A stretch of DNA of 50,927 nt. Source: Girardia tigrina (Eukaryota). Shown one piece after another: positions 49,554-50,927 of this stretch. The position numbers and the translations under genes were made by a program. The first letter of the stretch is position 1. Each line of letters opens with the position of its first letter. Where the stretch lies: positions 52,130-103,056 of the forward strand of contig MQRK01224578.1 of assembly GCA_001938485.1 (NCBI GenBank), given 5' to 3'. The notes under the pieces were generated by a model. The model saw only the letters and a program-made list of their open reading frames with translations, searched no databases and was not told the DNA's origin.

Positions 49554-50677
49554 AATCTGTAACATAATCTTCATTAAAAACCTTTATTTTAAAGAAAATT
49601 TAAATTATATTTTATGGAATGTTATCCTCAAGAAAACTGGTATGAAAATTTTATAGGAATATAATTAAAGGAAAATTATAATTTATTTATTTACTTTAAT
49701 AATATTAAAAAAAATATTTAATTAAATATTAAATGATTAATTAAATATTTATTTAAGATTAGTAAATAATTAAAAAAATCATTCCTGTGATCTCAAAGAG
49801 GAAATTTCAAATATTTCAATAAGTAGACGAAGACTTCATCAGTTCTTTGAATAAAATTTTTCCAATCAAAAATGGAAAAATAAATATTTAGAAATTTACT
49901 AATCTTATTAAAATAAAATAATTATACAACTTTTTTTCTACATTAAAATAACCACTTTCATTATTAAGAAGCATATTACAAGACAAGTGGTTCTCAAAAC
50001 ATATATCGTTATTAAAATCGTCGGTAATCAATATTTGAGGTATGATTTGGTTCTCTTTCTTTAATTATTAAAAATTTGCTATTTTTTAAAATTGAAACAA
50101 AAATTACTTTTTATTAATTGTTGCACATAGGCCTCCCCCGACTGAACGGATAATTGAGTATTGTAGAGACAACAGTACCAGTATTGTCGTACAAGGTTGT
50201 GAATCATATACTCTGTATCGAGTAGAAACCAAAAATAGGCAATACAGAGCCTACTGACTTTCTCACACGGCATTTGTTGTACAACATTCATCACACCAGC
50301 GTCATTCAAGTATCGTTCAAACATCATACAAACATCCCTCACAATTACCTTTGTACCACAAGAAGGTGTAAGTAATAATGAAACATAATAATCCAACGTA
50401 AATAAATAAGTTTTTTTTAAAAATATTTATATTTCTTTCACTAAAATTCAAAATTTATGAAAAGTATATTTCATTTAAGCATTTGTAAAAAATATTTTGA
50501 TATTAATGTTATTTAAAAATTATTAAAAATGTTATTTCATTTTTTGATTATATTTATTAATTTTTTTCTGTTTAAGAATTTTTAATTAACAATGTAGGTC
50601 GATTTGGCTTTCGTTTAATTTGTAATTTTTTATACCATACAAATCTCAAGTAGGGGAAAAATGTTCCTTCGGCGGCA

Positions 50678-50927
50678 GACCCCCCCCCGGGGGGGTCGTT
50701 ACTAGTTACCGTGGTTGCCATGGTTACGTAACCAGTTACCACGCAAAGTTGCCATGGCAACGGTCGCGATTACCTTAGCAACGGTCGCGGTTACCATGGC
50801 AACGGTCGCGATCACCTTAGCAACGGTCGCGATCACCATAGCAACGGTCGCGATCAACATAGCAACGGTCACGATCACCTTAGGAACCGTTTCGGTTCAC
50901 TTGGTGACGTAACCAAGGTCACGGTTC
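50678..50927. repeat. 21-bp tandem array (CCWTRGCAACGGTCGCGATCA, about 7 units) preceded by a GA-C9-G7-TC palindrome
   Basis: Seen directly. It includes the palindrome GTTGCCATGGCAAC at 50748-50761, and related sequence continues to the window end. Confidence 0.85.

Noticed and set aside
50320-50348. An eleventh solo-LTR-like end (ATCCCTCACA)
   Set aside because: No CATCTG/GGAG core, no matching other end and no TSD were found.
50715-50912. ORF with VAITLAT repeats
   Set aside because: It is a by-product of the 21-bp DNA repeat.

Overview
AT-rich eukaryotic (metazoan-like) genomic DNA with four N-gaps, dominated by nested, mostly decayed transposable elements: mariner and Tc1/IS630-type DDE elements, piggyBac, hAT, BEL/Pao and Gypsy LTR elements, an RTE-like and an REL-type non-LTR element, and three Penelope-like elements carrying minimal hammerhead ribozymes. 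Host genes are few: an intact intronless EIF1AD, a frameshifted 5' fragment of HEATR5 lying inside hAT sequence, a 415-aa orphan ORF ending in an RVxF-like motif, and fragments of genes with apparent 21-24-nt GT-AG introns. Such short introns suggest a dicyemid-like genome, which is inference only. The most striking unannotated structure is a set of ten related 430-585-bp elements. They have TGTGAGG...TTARYA ends, a shared ~100-bp core and, in the seven complete copies, 5-bp direct repeats. They look like solo LTRs, but no matching internal region is present. Also notable are a divergent 5S rRNA-like gene and a near-perfect 226-bp palindrome. All calls come from reading the sequence by eye; no database search was run.
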